64,000 nt of DNA from assembly GCF_006345805.1 (NCBI RefSeq), contig NC_043004.1, forward strand, positions 35,774,001 through 35,838,000, in the 5' to 3' direction. A program made the translations under genes and the position numbers. This document shows, in pieces, positions 36,299 through 49,881 of the stretch; position 1 is the first letter of the stretch; each line of letters begins with the position of its first letter. Source of the stretch: Octopus sinensis. Lineage: Eukaryota. The notes below the pieces were generated by a model. That model had not been told where the DNA came from and did not search any database. It saw nothing but the letters and a program-made list of their open reading frames with translations.

Positions 36299-39200
36299 TT
36301 CTTATTCTGAGAAGATAACTGTTTGTTTTAGACATTTCTTAGGTTATTTTTATCGTTTCAAGCCTATCAGCTACTTTATTTCAACTTTGCAATGCACAAC
36401 ATATATATGCATGCTTACATACACATGCATGCATATATAAGATTATGTATACATTGCATGTATGCATGCACACACACATATATACATAGATATGTGTGTG
36501 TATGTATCTGCTTTGTTTTGTTTGGTAATTCTCTCTTCTGTTCTTTCAAGCCAGTCATACTAACTCAGTCATCTCCATTAGCAGCAATACTGAACAGATT
36601 TTATCCATAAGTGCCCTCTTAACTCCTCAATCTATCAAGTCGACTTTTGTTTTACATCTACAGTATCATTCCATCCCCATTTCCTTTAGATTACCGACTT
36701 TTCTTCCCAAACAGAATTGACATGAAGTGCTATAGAGAGAAACGGGGGGGGGGGAGAAAAAAAAAAGGAAATTACATTGAAGCGAGACTAATTTTTAAGA
36801 AACTGGCTGCCTATCAGAAGTGTCTGTCACTTTGATAAATTACAAATATGTGAGTGTCCTTATGTAATCCTATATGACAGCAATATAAGCTTGACAACAG
36901 TATGATAATGCCAACATTTCATGATAGAACTGTAAGAAGGTTTAGGAAAACATAATAAATAGAACTTAAGCCTTTTGATATCAATGTCTTATGCAGCAAT
37001 TTGATGGCCATTGGGTGATAAATCTATTTGTGTTATTAAAAATAGTTCAACTGCTACTTTTAAAACCTACATTGTGTGTGTGTGTGTGTGTGTATGTACA
37101 TAAGTGTGTGTGTATATGTATACATATATACTCACACACACACACACAGAGATAGATAGGCACATAAAGTTAGGGACGGAGGACATATTCAATCAAGAGT
37201 GTCAGCAATATAATTAGAAATACTCATGTGATGATGGGCAACAACATTAGTTGAATGACCGTTATTTTAGCATATGACTTGCTCTTATTAAATCTCCTCA
37301 GTGAAGCATAACTTTACTGTTCTTGTTGAATTAGTGATGATGGTGTCACTAGGTAGGGATAAATTGTAACCTGAGTTTGTTTCCATATTTATTATACTTT
37401 CCTTTATAATAGCTACGTGTTGATGTTATTTAACTTTTCAGCTTTTCTCTTGATCAAGCAAACATATATTCGAAGGCATTCTACTCATGACCATCCTGTC
37501 TGTATTGAAGCATTTTACATGACATCATCTGATGTTCCCTTTCTTTTCCCAAAATGGGAAAAGAGTGTAATTTAAGTGAGATTTGGCTAGCCTTCTTAGT
37601 AGAAAAAGAGTGATTATCTAGAGGATTCCCTTTTGACTAAGATGATGAATAAAATTTTTGAAAAAAAAAAAAATATTTAGAAAAATCTGTTAAACTTTGT
37701 CAAATTTTTTGGAGAATGACAGAGGAAAATTTGTTATGTGCCTTTTCAATAGTCGTTGACTGTTGAAAAGGTTGTAAGACAACTATTGAAAAGGTTGCAA
37801 GACGCAACGAAAAGTTTAGAAAAAATAAATAACTAAATGAGTGGAAACCGAACCAGTGAGTGTGTTAAATAATAAAGTACTAAAAGAGAATGACTCTCCC
37901 CAAACACAATAAAATAGGCTTCAACACACGAATTCACATAAAGAATCTTGCAAACCAAATCCAAAAACGAAATACCCAAAGTAGTAAAAAGGAAAATACA
38001 GTTATGGAAAGAAAGTGGAGAGACATGTTTTATCTCAGACAAACAAGGAAAACATTGAGAATAAAACCAGTTCACCTAGAATAACAGGTATTTTCTTGGC
38101 TCCCAACAAGCTCTTTAGAATTTGATGTTTAGGCCTGGCTTCTTGAGGTAAACAAAAAGAAACTTCAAATTTTTCTTGGGTAAGATGACAACATATCACA
38201 AATAATACTTTTACATAATTTGGGTGTAACCATTGTGGCAGTGCTCCAGCATGACTTGCTCTCATAATCATTCAAAACAAAGAACTATTCCAAAAGTAAA
38301 TGTGAACTAAATCATTGTGGATTAAATGTGTCTACAAAACACATTGCAATACCATTAGCTGAAGATCTAAACTGGTGAATTAATAGCAACTAGTCAAAAC
38401 AGACACGATGATGATGGTGGCAGTGGTGGTGCCAACGGTTGGGGAGCAGGGTAGGAGCAGTGGTGGTGAAGATGGTGGTTGTGGTGGCAATGTTACAGAG
38501 GAAAATGGTTGCATTGATATTAGTTACTAAGTGATGTATATTGACTTCATGTTTTACAGGATGAGTTTTTTGTCTTTCTAATGCAACGACTAAAAAAGAA
38601 CTTAAGGGTGCTCTCTACTAAAAACTGGATGAACTGAGAGAAGAATTTACATTGTTCAAAGATAAAAAATACCATTTTTTGATAAAGCTATATTCCATGA
38701 GTGAAAAAGAGAGTCTCTATGCAGTTATTTGAGCTGGTAGAAAAAGCAACCAAATTTCTCTCAAATCACAATAAACTTAAAAAAGAGAGGAGATATGTAT
38801 CCAAAACGAGACAGACATCATTAAAAAAAAATTTTAACTGGTTGATCACAGCTTGTAATGCCTGTTGGTAAGCTTATTGGATCACAGTTGACCTAGGGTT
38901 AAACAACACCAAATTCCATTTTAATAAACATGTGATCTTTTGAATAGCACTTTGACTTGGAAGTCACTATTTTCCATTAATTCTGTAAAGGTACTGAGTT
39001 ATTGGTAGAGTCTCTAGTAAAAATCTGCAACAAAATAGGATGCAACACGTAGAAGACAATTTAGTAAAAGACAAACAAAAAAATGAATAAGAGAAGTGAG
39101 AAAGTGAGAGAGGGAGAGAGAGAGAGAGAGAAAAAAAAAGGAAAGAAGAGAAAAAAGATGCTTGCATACTCTATTTTCACTCATAGAATTGAAGAATTTC

Positions 39201-40258
39201 AACATGGATTTGAAACAAGTTATATCTGCAGGCTTGCATTAGAGTACTAATATTTCCAAACTTCTTTGATTCTTTAAAAAGGATCCGATTTGAGAGCTAT
39301 GAAACATTTTACTGTTTTTATTAATGTTGATATTTCCAAAATTTTTGTGGTGAAGGAGGTTAGGGTTAGAAAACTACTTTGTTAAAATATTTGTTTGTCA
39401 CAGACTTTTGCTTATTTTGGGGGTTTTACTTTACCATTTATCTTTTTAGTTAAATTGTGTACTGTTGTACAAACTACTTCATAACATCTCCATGTTTTTC
39501 TATTATGGAACAAAATTATTTGAATTTTTGTATAAATATATTTGTTTTAAAAAAAAAAATCATTTTATTCCATTTGGAAGAGTTAACGTTTTTGTAGTCG
39601 TTTGCTTTTGATTTTTACCAACATTTAAAAGTATTTCTTCTCAATGGAGCCCATGGCAAGCACTTTGTTGACCTGTTGAAAGTTTCTGATACACAACCAC
39701 GACTGAAGTGTTCAATTAGCTTTGATTTAACATTCACAAAGTAAAGAATTTCTTTTATTTTTAATGTAAGCATTACTTTCGGAAAAAAAAATATTGATAG
39801 TGTTTTTATTGTATCATGTTTGAAAAAGTCCCACTCCACCACCACGACCACCACCACATATGGTTTTAACAACACAACATTAAAACCGAAATGAAGTAGC
39901 ATAAAAACACAACAGAACATATATGGTTACTTGAAATTGTAATTTTGATCAGTACGAGATCAATTGACGTGTTTTGTCAGATACAGATAGATAAAAGTAG
40001 AGCTGGTCATGATCCAGGTGATTGTCCCAATCGTGGTAAAAGAAATACACTACTTTCAACTCTTCAGAAAAGTTGAGTGATCTTTAATTAACACTTGCTA
40101 CTGAGATTAAAGAACCTGAGTGTAAATTTCCGTTAATCACAGCAAACTCTGTTTGGAATATACTTTAACTCAGTAGTAGGTCAGAAAACAGAGGCTTGCT
40201 ACCATTCAAAGCTAGATCGTTTCTTCCTTTTCATTTCTCACAATATATGCGTTCAGAT

Positions 40259-40296
<38 letters not shown>

Positions 40297-40343
40297 TATG
40301 TATGTACGTATGTGTACACATGTATGTATATGTGTATATATAG

Positions 40344-40382
<39 letters not shown>

Positions 40383-40455
40383 TGCACGTGTATATACACA
40401 TGCATACATAATACATGATATATTGTTAATTTTTTCTTTTCTAACATATGCATAC

Positions 40456-40599
40456 ATATATATATGGACACATACACGTGTACATAAGCATGCATACAAA
40501 CATTATTAATGTCTTTCAACATCCTAGCAATTTGCACACATTCATATATATATACCTGTACATGCTTTTATATATACATAAATATGTATGTGTATATAT

Positions 40600-40670
<71 letters not shown>

Positions 40671-40803
40671 CACATACATACATACATATTTATGTATATA
40701 TAAAAGCATGTACAGGTATATATATATGAATGTGTGCAAATTGCTAGGATGTTGAAAGACATTAATAATGTTTGTATGCATGCTTATGTACACGTGTATG
40801 TGT

Positions 40804-40815
<12 letters not shown>
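40456..40815. repeat. Perfect ~136-bp inverted duplication around a (CA)n(TA)n(TG)n core
   Basis: 40456-40591 is the reverse complement of 40680-40815. Confidence 0.9.
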
Positions 40816-40838
<23 letters not shown>

Positions 40839-41233
40839 AAGCTACAAAGAGAAATTGTGAAACAAATACAGATGAAAAAGAAAGTGTTGGTAGTAGTGGC
40901 TACTCTGATTAATGGTCTACTTGTCAACCACTTAGCCACAAATTGAAAGAGCTGTTGTACAATTTTGGGTTCTGCTCAGGTTTAAGGCGTTCCAATTAAT
41001 GGTTTGTGTTGCTTTAAGATCTTTTACTCAAGCACGAAATTCAACTAAAGAGGATATTGTGTTAGAGGAAATACCTGAATAAGAGAAACTGTTGAAGTTT
41101 ATAGTTGTGGCAAGTGTTACAGTGCTTTGTTTTTATTTTGTGTCATTGTGTTATATACGTATATACATATATATATAAACACACATATATACACCCTCAT
41201 ATATATATATGTATATATACAGATATATATATA

Positions 41234-41400
41234 CAGTGTCTCAAAAATGTGTACACACTTTGAATGATTATAAGGTAATAGTTTATTAAAATGCAGTTCA
41301 TTTTCAAAGTTTAATAGAATTTAAACATAATTTGATTTATTTCTGAACGGGTGTTTTCAAACTGATGACCATTTTGAATCAGGCACTGCTGATAATACAA
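41234..41400 (-). mobile_element. Tc1/mariner 3' end fragment
   Basis: TA|CAGTGTCTCAAAAATGTGTACACACTTT terminus; minus-strand peptide QQCLIQNGHQFE is typical of a transposase C-terminus. Confidence 0.6.
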
Positions 41401-41534
41401 AGTAATGGAATAACAATCATTAAAAAGACTTCTTGGGTGGGGTGGTATTTGAGTACATTTTCACTCAATGGTTGCCATGAATTTGTCACCTGATGCAGGT
41501 TTTGCACTGTAAAATTTATCTTTTATAGGGTGAC

Positions 41535-41941
41535 AAACCGGCTTCCATGCAAGTGGAACATAAAAGGCACCATTCAAGTGTGATCATTACCAGCGTCGCC
41601 TTACTGGCACTTGTGCCTATGCTTGTAGGATGCCAAGAGCACCATCCGAGCATTATCGTTGCCAAAGTCACCTTACTGGCACCTGTGCCGGTGGCATGCA
41701 TAAAAAGATTCAAGCGAGGTCATTGCCAGTACCGCCTGACAGATCTCTGTGCAGGTAGCACGTAAAAAGCACCCACTACACTCTCGGAGTGGTTGGCGTT
41801 AGGAAGGGCATCCAGCTGTAGAAACTGCCAGATCAAGATTGGAGCCTGGTGCAGCCATCTGGTTCGCCAGCCCTCAGTCAAAATCGTCCAACCCATGCTA
41901 GCATGGAAAGTGGACGTTAAACAATGATGATGATGATGATG
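41535..41941 (+). mobile_element. RTE 3' tail fragment (about 4 units)
   Basis: Very similar to the 23020 copy; (GAT)n tail. Confidence 0.85.
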
Positions 41942-42044
41942 TATCCCCATGGAAAAAGTCTGGTGATGTGAGACCCACGGAACTCAGAGGGTATTCTCTT
42001 GAACCTTACTGTCCAATCCTCACTTTTGATAAAATCATTTCAAT

Positions 42045-42117
42045 AATAGCACATGATAGCTCAATGATAGGACATGATAACTCAATGAAAGCACATGATA
42101 ACACAATGATAGCACTA
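42045..42117. repeat. 21-bp tandem repeat, about 3.5 copies
   Basis: Unit approx. ATAGCACATGATAACTCAATG. Confidence 0.8.
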
Positions 42118-43504
42118 GTACAAACTGAATCTGAAGGTAGAGATTTCAGCTTCAAAGTCAGAAAATACTTCAACTTGATCTGTTATTCTTTGTTTTAATC
42201 TTCCCAATTTCAAATATAAGGACCTTTGGTATATAGCCATGAAAATGCAATTTTCTTTATTAAATTGTCTTTGAAAGCTGTTAAAACAGCCAGTATAGTG
42301 GCTCATGTCACTAAAGCTTCCGAGAATACCATCATTATTCACTTTACCATTTTTATAGCAAAAATATACACAATGGTCGGAATTTTTTTACATTTGTAAA
42401 CATTTCAAAGGAGCAAGATGAAATAAGTTTTCAGATGATAGTTTGATAGTCCATATAAGATATCTGAAGAGGGTTGTGAATTTAACTGGTTAAAATTATT
42501 GCAAATAATCTGTATATATTATGAACAGGATGGTGGATTTTATACTTGCATGTTTTTTTCTTTGTTTTCACAAGCATTTGACACACATTCACAAAAAATA
42601 CCATATTTAAAGAAAAATATGAAAACATTTCTTTTTACTAAAAATATTTTTGATTTATGTTTTGAAAAAAAAAAATTCCTTATTCTAATTAAAAAAAGAC
42701 CAAAGTTTTCAGAGCTGATAATAAATAAACAAAAATGAAATAGAATAAAATAAAGGACATTTGAACACCAAAACAGAAAACATAGAATTTGATGGATGAG
42801 TGTGTCATCATCCATGGTGTAATTGTAGCAGTTGTGTTTTGCATTCAGATCATATGGTTAGCTGAATGTTCTTGAAATAATTAAGGCTGGTTCAATTTGC
42901 CAGTAGGTATGTTGATTAGAAATATCTGCAGCCAACTGGCAAGCTATTAACTTCAATTTGTAAGAAATTAATTATAAGCAAAGAAATTGTAATTAATTTT
43001 ATACAAAAGAGTGACTAGAAGCACAATTTTAATCACACTTATGTAAGAATTTTTGGAACTGCACTAAATAAAATTTAAAACTACACTTATTCATACATAT
43101 ACATGCAAATAGATAGATACTTATAAACATCTCCCTGAATATGCATGCATATTAAATAGATAAATAGACTCATATAATTCGATAGATAATAGTTAGCAAT
43201 TCACAAAGACCAGATCCGGAAGAAACTGGGGGTGGTGATTGGTGTTGGTAGAAACAATTCAATGAAGTCTGCAAATCTCAAAAAATTCTTGTTGGTGTGG
43301 TGAATATGAATTCTATAATCTTGAGTAAACCCCTTTCCTGACGAGAAAATTCCAATTATTTAAGATATTTATTTAGTATAAAATAGAGTAAATATATGCA
43401 GGGAAACATTTCTCCATCAGAGAAGAGTTTTGATTGAAATGTTAAAACTTATGTCTCATACCATAAAATTTATATAAATATGTCAGTCATACACAATCGT
43501 GCAT

Positions 43505-43536
<32 letters not shown>

Positions 43537-43628
43537 CTTTTATTCTTTCTTTTATCAGTTTCAGCTCAAAACAGTGGCCATGCCAAGGCACAGCCACACC
43601 TCCACCTGCATGTATGTATGTATATATA

Positions 43629-43693
<65 letters not shown>

Positions 43694-43697
<4 letters not shown>

Positions 43698-43862
43698 GTA
43701 ATATTTCTAAGTCCTTCTAAAGGAGACTACGGCAGCAGTACTGGATATTAATAGTTATTGCCAAGCTAACATGGCAGTAGTAGGTCAGAAAACAGAGGCT
43801 TGCTACCATTCAAAGCTAGATCGTTTCTTCCTTTTCATTTCTCACAATATATGCGTTCAGAT

Positions 43863-43906
<44 letters not shown>

Positions 43907-44028
43907 TATGTATATAGAGGCCATCACTATGTGACACATGAACCGACACAGGCATCTTGGAGCTAATCAACGGCAGCATCTGTCCAATATTTCTGGACTA
44001 CCATGTTAGCTTGGCAATAACTATTAAC
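43694..44028 (-). mobile_element. Hairpin family A copy disrupted by a templated insertion
   Basis: Outer arms ttaatagttattgccaagctaacatgg / ccatgttagcttggcaataactattaa; tail homologous to 20432-20490; flanked by microsatellites. Confidence 0.7.
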
Positions 44029-44179
44029 ATATATATATGCACATTATATATATATAATGCACACTATATATATATATATATTATATATATATATATGTAT
44101 GTATATATACACATTATATATATGCACACACACACACATATATATTCATGCACACACACACATATATATGTGCATACGT

Positions 44180-44400
44180 TTTTATGTCTGTGTTTCTCCC
44201 CCACCACAGCTTGACAACCAGCGTTGGTGTGTTTATATCTCTGTAACTTAGCAGTTTGGCAAAAAGAGACCAATAAAATAAGTGCCAGGCTTATAACAAA
44301 TAGTAAAACACTTGAATAAATTCATTCACTAAAAGTTCTTCAAGGTGGTACCCCAGCATGGCCACAGTCAATTGACTAAAACAGATAAAAGATATAAGAT
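44180..44400 (+). mobile_element. SINE family 2 3' half
   Basis: Matches 58870-59070. Confidence 0.75.
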
Positions 44401-44999
44401 AGATACATACATGCAAACACACACTCGGGCAAGCTGGTATTCCTTAACATAAAGTTCCTTTTTATAACATGATTCCTGTATATGTCATTTTAGTATCGTG
44501 CACTAATACAGTATGATATAGTGTACCATGGAACGGGGTAGACGCCAACTGCCTCCGCTTGATGTATTTTCAAATACTCTGCCAACAACTGTAACCAATC
44601 CAAAACAATTCTCAACGAACTATAACAACTTCTCAACAATTACCACCAACTCCATAAACTCACGGATGACATCTTTCAACTTCCTGCGATTTCTCATCTT
44701 TCGCTCTATTCCCCACAACATATCCTCCCAACAATGCCTGCCTCTATTTCTGTCCACTTACAACATTCCCCCACCCCACCTTCTGAACTTACCCAACCAC
44801 TCACTCTATCCATTCTTTGATATCACATCTCTTATATACACTTCCCTGTTACTTGAAAATACCCTCCCTTATCACATCTCCCCCATCATCTCTCTCCAAC
44901 TGAGATATCCACATCTCTCCTTGACAGAAAGACGCCTATTTTTGTCTCTCCTTTCATATTTCTCAGCATCTTGCACAATGCCACCTTCCTCAATACTAT

Positions 45000-45245
45000 T
45001 GCACACCTGCAGGTGATGGGTCTTGTCTTGTTGGTTACTCAGCAGCCCCACTGATGCTGGTGCCATATAAAAAGAACCCAGCTCACTTTGTAAGGTGGCT
45101 GGTGTTAGGAAGAGCATCCAGTTGAAGTAACCATGCCAAAGCCAACAATGGAGCTTGGCTCACCTGACTGACTTGACAGCTCCTTCCAAACTGTACAACC
45201 CAAGCTTGCATGGAAGGAGAATATTAAATGATTACGATGATGAAA
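45000..45245 (+). mobile_element. Old RTE-type 3' tail
   Basis: 'gctggtgccatataaaaagaacccag...tgttaggaagagcatccag'. Confidence 0.65.
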
Positions 45246-45401
45246 CATATGTATATATGTACACACACACATTTATATATACATGCATGTGTGTATGTAT
45301 CAGAGGTTACAAATGTTTCATAATTCACTCAAATCACAATGGGTTCCACTTAATTCTTTGAAGCCAATTCTTATATCTTATACTCTTTATACATATACAG
45401 A

Positions 45402-45560
45402 CAGTGGTTCCCAACCGATTTTTGGCCATGCTCTACCTAATCATTTCTAAAATCCTGATGCCCCCTAGTGATACATAATTTTTGTTATTCAAAATTTGGT
45501 TAATGGTTACCATATTACCCAGAAAGACAATAAAAACAATATAGTGCAACAGATGTAAAA
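45402..45560 (+). mobile_element. hAT-Charlie-like MITE 5' end
   Basis: Terminus CAGTGGTTCCCAACC. Confidence 0.45.
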
Positions 45561-45655
45561 AAAAGCAACCGAGGAAGGGTTCGGAAAATTCCCAAGATCC
45601 GAGGTTTTCCCTCATAACTTTCAGGAAAATGTTGTTGTTTTTTTTTTCAATGAAA

Positions 45656-46167
45656 TCTATATATATAAAACTCTAGTTGTGTGAGTGTCTGTCCCCTTCG
45701 ATTTAGATTCCTAACTCCTCCCACATTTTGCGGTGCAGTTTAACCAAATTCGGGTATCTTATAGTCGTGATTCATATCGAGCCCGTCTGACTATTAGCGC
45801 ACGTCAACGATGAGTCTACGATTTTAAAAATAATTTAACATCATTTTTTATTCCATTTTAATGCATAAAATGCATCGTGTGTCGATGGCGGCGGAGTTGG
45901 CGTCCACGCTCACAGCTGCACCTGTTTGCTTCTCCCCCTTCCCTCCCTCGTGAAGCTGTGGGGAAGGGAGTGTAAAGAAATCAACGTCGTAATGCGTTGT
46001 GAAGGAGACCAGCGTTCTTTTAGAACAACGACTTCATGGCTTGAAGACACCAAAACAAAAATGGCTAAGAAAGCCCGAATTGGCATCTATAAGGGAAGTA
46101 ACTCTCTAAAAATGCTTATATAGTTATTTCCCTTACAAACCCGAGCAACGCCGGGCGATACTGCTAG
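45656..46167 (+). mobile_element. Non-autonomous Helitron
   Basis: Inserted between A and T (gaaa|TCTATATATAT...CTAG|tttt); subterminal GC-rich hairpin cccgagcaacgccggg just before CTAG; no TSD. Confidence 0.85.
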
Positions 46168-47859
46168 TTTTATATAAATCCCTCTCAACCAGCATAGATT
46201 ACGATTATAAAGAAATTTTTGGAAATCAGCATAACTACAGATTTCTGCGCCCCCGATTTTGGATGATCATAACTTCAGGAAAATGAATATTTTTTTAATA
46301 AAATTTTCTACGAATATGTGTTATATCATGTAGATTCCTAATATACAAAACTTTTGGGTGGAAGTATTTTAAGAGGGGTTGGACTGGGGAATTTCGGAAA
46401 ATTCACCGGCGTCCATTTCAATTCGTCTTAAATTTCAAGAAAATGGATACATTTTTATTGAAAATCTTTTACAAATATACCTCGGACTATGTAGATTCCG
46501 AGAACATATGAATGTAGGGAGGAAACAATTGGGGGTTACTTTGAACACCGTTCCCCACTCCTCCGTATTTGTTTCATTTTCTCCCTTTTGTGCGTTTGTG
46601 CATCCGTAGATTTCCACTGAAGCCGCAGGCAACGAAGCTGTCAGCAAGAAAATCGTTATGCTAAAAACAGCAGCTAAAAGCTCTAAACGTTTCTAACAGA
46701 AAGACATTGAATGGAATAATTCCCTGTTTGAACTTTTTTAATTACATATATATGTGTGTTTGTGAGGACACTGAGAATAAGCATGCCACCACTTTGTGCT
46801 TTTTTCTCTCTCCGTTTTGACAGGGATTTTTCTAATTTTATTTTCCACTCAGGCCTTCCAGCTGATGTGGTGGTCATGGGAGACATTTTATGAAAAATTT
46901 GGGTTTTTTTTCACCTCAGGCCCACGCACTTAAAAACCATGAGAGAAGTCTTTTTGGCACTCCTTTATATCACACACCTTTTCTTGTGGAAAAACATTTT
47001 TTTTTAACCGTAAAGGCTTCCCCCATCGTTTTTAAATAATAAAAAGGCCGAAATAGGTCTGGATGGGGGTAAAGAGGAGGAAAGAGGGAGGTGAGAAAAA
47101 GTTAGACCATGGTGAAAAAGAAATTCGAAAAATCACCGTGAAAACGGAGATTTCTGTCCCGTAACTCTACCAGAACTGAAATTATCGATTACTCATTTTG
47201 CCCCACTTTAGACATAAGTTTTGGAAATGGAAAATTATTAAATTACACATTAGTGTAGGGGAAAGAATTGACATGGAATGCAACAGAGAAGAGGATATTA
47301 ATTGTTAAACAGCAAAAATTATCCAGGTATTTGATTTGCAACTTCAGATAGAATCGAGTCGAAAGTTGAGGGAAAATGTCTTGAAGGAGAAGTGCACTCC
47401 CTAAAATAATAATTTCAAATGTTTGACGAATTGGAATTGTACAAAATGACGAAAAATATAGACAGAGGAAAGAAAGAGAAAAGTTTCGATTTAATGATGA
47501 AAAATATTTCAAGATTTGTGCATTTATAACTAAAGCTAAATTCAAAACTGAAGAACATTTCTTACTTACTTGTTGGTTCCTCAGTTTTCGCTGCCTCAGA
47601 GAAATAAGGAAGTTTCCAAGAATTCCGAATATTTATGTGTTTTCGCCTTTAATTCCAGGGTTCTTTGGTCAATGATGCCTCCTTGTAAAAAGAAATTTGA
47701 GCTTCTTTCTGTTAAACTATTTCTAGAAAATGAAAACTAAAAAGTCTTGCAAATAAATACGTTGTGTATGATTTTATAAAAATGTGTTTTTTAGTCTGCA
47801 ATTTGAACAAAAGAGATGTTCGAATTTTCTTCTGGGTTTTTTCCTCTTCCGCCACAGAA

Positions 47860-49085
47860 ACTCAAATATTTGGGGAACAACTTGGAAGAAAGAGGTACCA
47901 TAAATTTGTCGATATTTGCGCTTAGCTTTTGATTTGTGTGGACACCCGTGGCTTCATCAACAAATGATATTAGAATGGTTCATGATTAAATGTTGGAAAC
48001 CTTGATTTTACAAATGACGGTCCACAGGCTATTCGTCGGTGGAAATTATGCTCGGCTGGGTGGACATGTTGCTGGATAATGTATTCCAAGGTAGCCATGG
48101 ACCGGCTATTATTTCCAAGAATACTGAAAGGAAGCAGTTCGTGAGATTTTTTAAAAACATTCAAAGGTGTGCTTCAGCACAGACAAATATCCTGTTTGCC
48201 ATTTTGCTGAAGGCCTGTGAGATTTGGCCAAGTGGTGGTCTACCACTCTGTCTATGGACAGTCCTGTTTATATTTGTCCGGTGTTATTCAGTTCGGATAA
48301 TGGCACGTAGAAAGTTCAAAAAACATTTTTCAGTCAATATTTTTGTGAAGGATTGATTCCAGCACAAATCCTGTTTGTGACGTATATATTAGGTCATTGA
48401 TTATAATTTTATTCAGTTTTAAAGTTCATTCTGCAGCAATTTGGAATTGAAACCGTCAGCTTCTGTTGTCCAGCTTTTATTCTCTTCTCACTTCTGATTG
48501 AAACCATCATCTTCTTTTCTTCAGCTTCTCATTTTTGAATTTTGACACGGATATCATGCAATATCCTCCAATTCACTTATCAGACGTGTTTCCAATATGC
48601 ACCGATTATGACGGGCGAATTGACTGGTTAAAAAGACATGAACTTTTAGCTCAAGCTGATGTCTGTGAGTGTCGCCGCGATTGTTCCTTTGTTAAATCAT
48701 CGCGGCTTCGAGATGGATATACTTGGAAGTGCATTACTGCTCTCGGTCATGTCGAAAACGCCATTAGAAAAGGATCGTTCTTCTCTAAAAGCCATCTTGT
48801 CCTTAGGTTATAATACTGCAATTTCGGCATCGGTGGTCCATTGACGAACCACTACAAACAATGATGCATGAACTTAACATTGCAAGTTGGTCCACTGTGG
48901 TGAATTGGGCTAATTTCTGCCGAGACATTTTAGCAGAAAACATTATTAACAATCCGGTTATGATTGGCGACATTGATGTCGTGGTCGCCATTGAAGAATC
49001 GAAATTTAGGCGCCGGAAAAAACCGACGGGATGAGCACAACATCGGCATTTTGGGTGTTGGACGGGATTGAACAATTTCACGAAC
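47860..49085. pseudogene. Merlin (IS1016/ISXO2-like) transposase relic split by an inversion
   Basis: N-terminal half on + (48535-49085: IRKGSFFSKSHL, TVVNWANFCRD, IGDIDVVVAIEESKFRRRK, WVLDGIE). C-terminal half on - (48136-47860: RSMATLEYIIQQHV, NHS..FVDEATGVHTN). Confidence 0.85.
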
Positions 49086-49471
49086 GGTCAATGTAAAGAA
49101 ATTCACCCGGGAACAAAAGAAATAATAATAAACCAGCCTGGCGGGTATTAACAAGTGTGTGGAGAACGAATATGGGGAAAAAACGCACGCAGACGACACT
49201 GGGGGGGGGGACTTTCGGAAAATTTACAAGATCCTATTTTTCCGTCATAACTTCCGATAAAATGGATATATATTGATTGTTTTTTACGGATTCCAACGTT
49301 CTTGGTTATGGAGGACCCGATTCCCAAAATTTTTTTTCAAAAAATCGCATTTTCAAAATTTCAATTACCCGTCGCCTCCCACCACCACCCTCCCCCATTT
49401 TTTTTTTTTTTTGGCTAAATACATAGAAAAATAAGAATACGATTCTGATAAAAAAAATTTTGTTTTGATTT

Positions 49472-49836
49472 GGATCTTTTCTTTTTGAAAGCCAGATTTT
49501 CCTAGTTAACTAAACAATTTGAAACTTCGTATACTGGTAGAATGTGTCAAAAGAAAATATAATTGTGAACCAAATTGAAAACGGAATTGTAATTTTTAAG
49601 TTTAACGTTGTTTAAAAATTCGAATTTTAACCAATGATATTCTTTCTTTCGGCCTCATATTATTTACTGCTTCTCAAAATATTGTTACTGTGATGTAAAC
49701 AGCTATTTTGTGACGTAGTTAACGTAAACATGTAAATAACTAAAATGTAAGCATCTCCGTTTATCGTAAACTTTGTGGAGTATATATAAAATTTGTGTAG
49801 ATCCTAAATAGCTACACACACATGTATACAAACATA

Positions 49837-49881
<45 letters not shown>

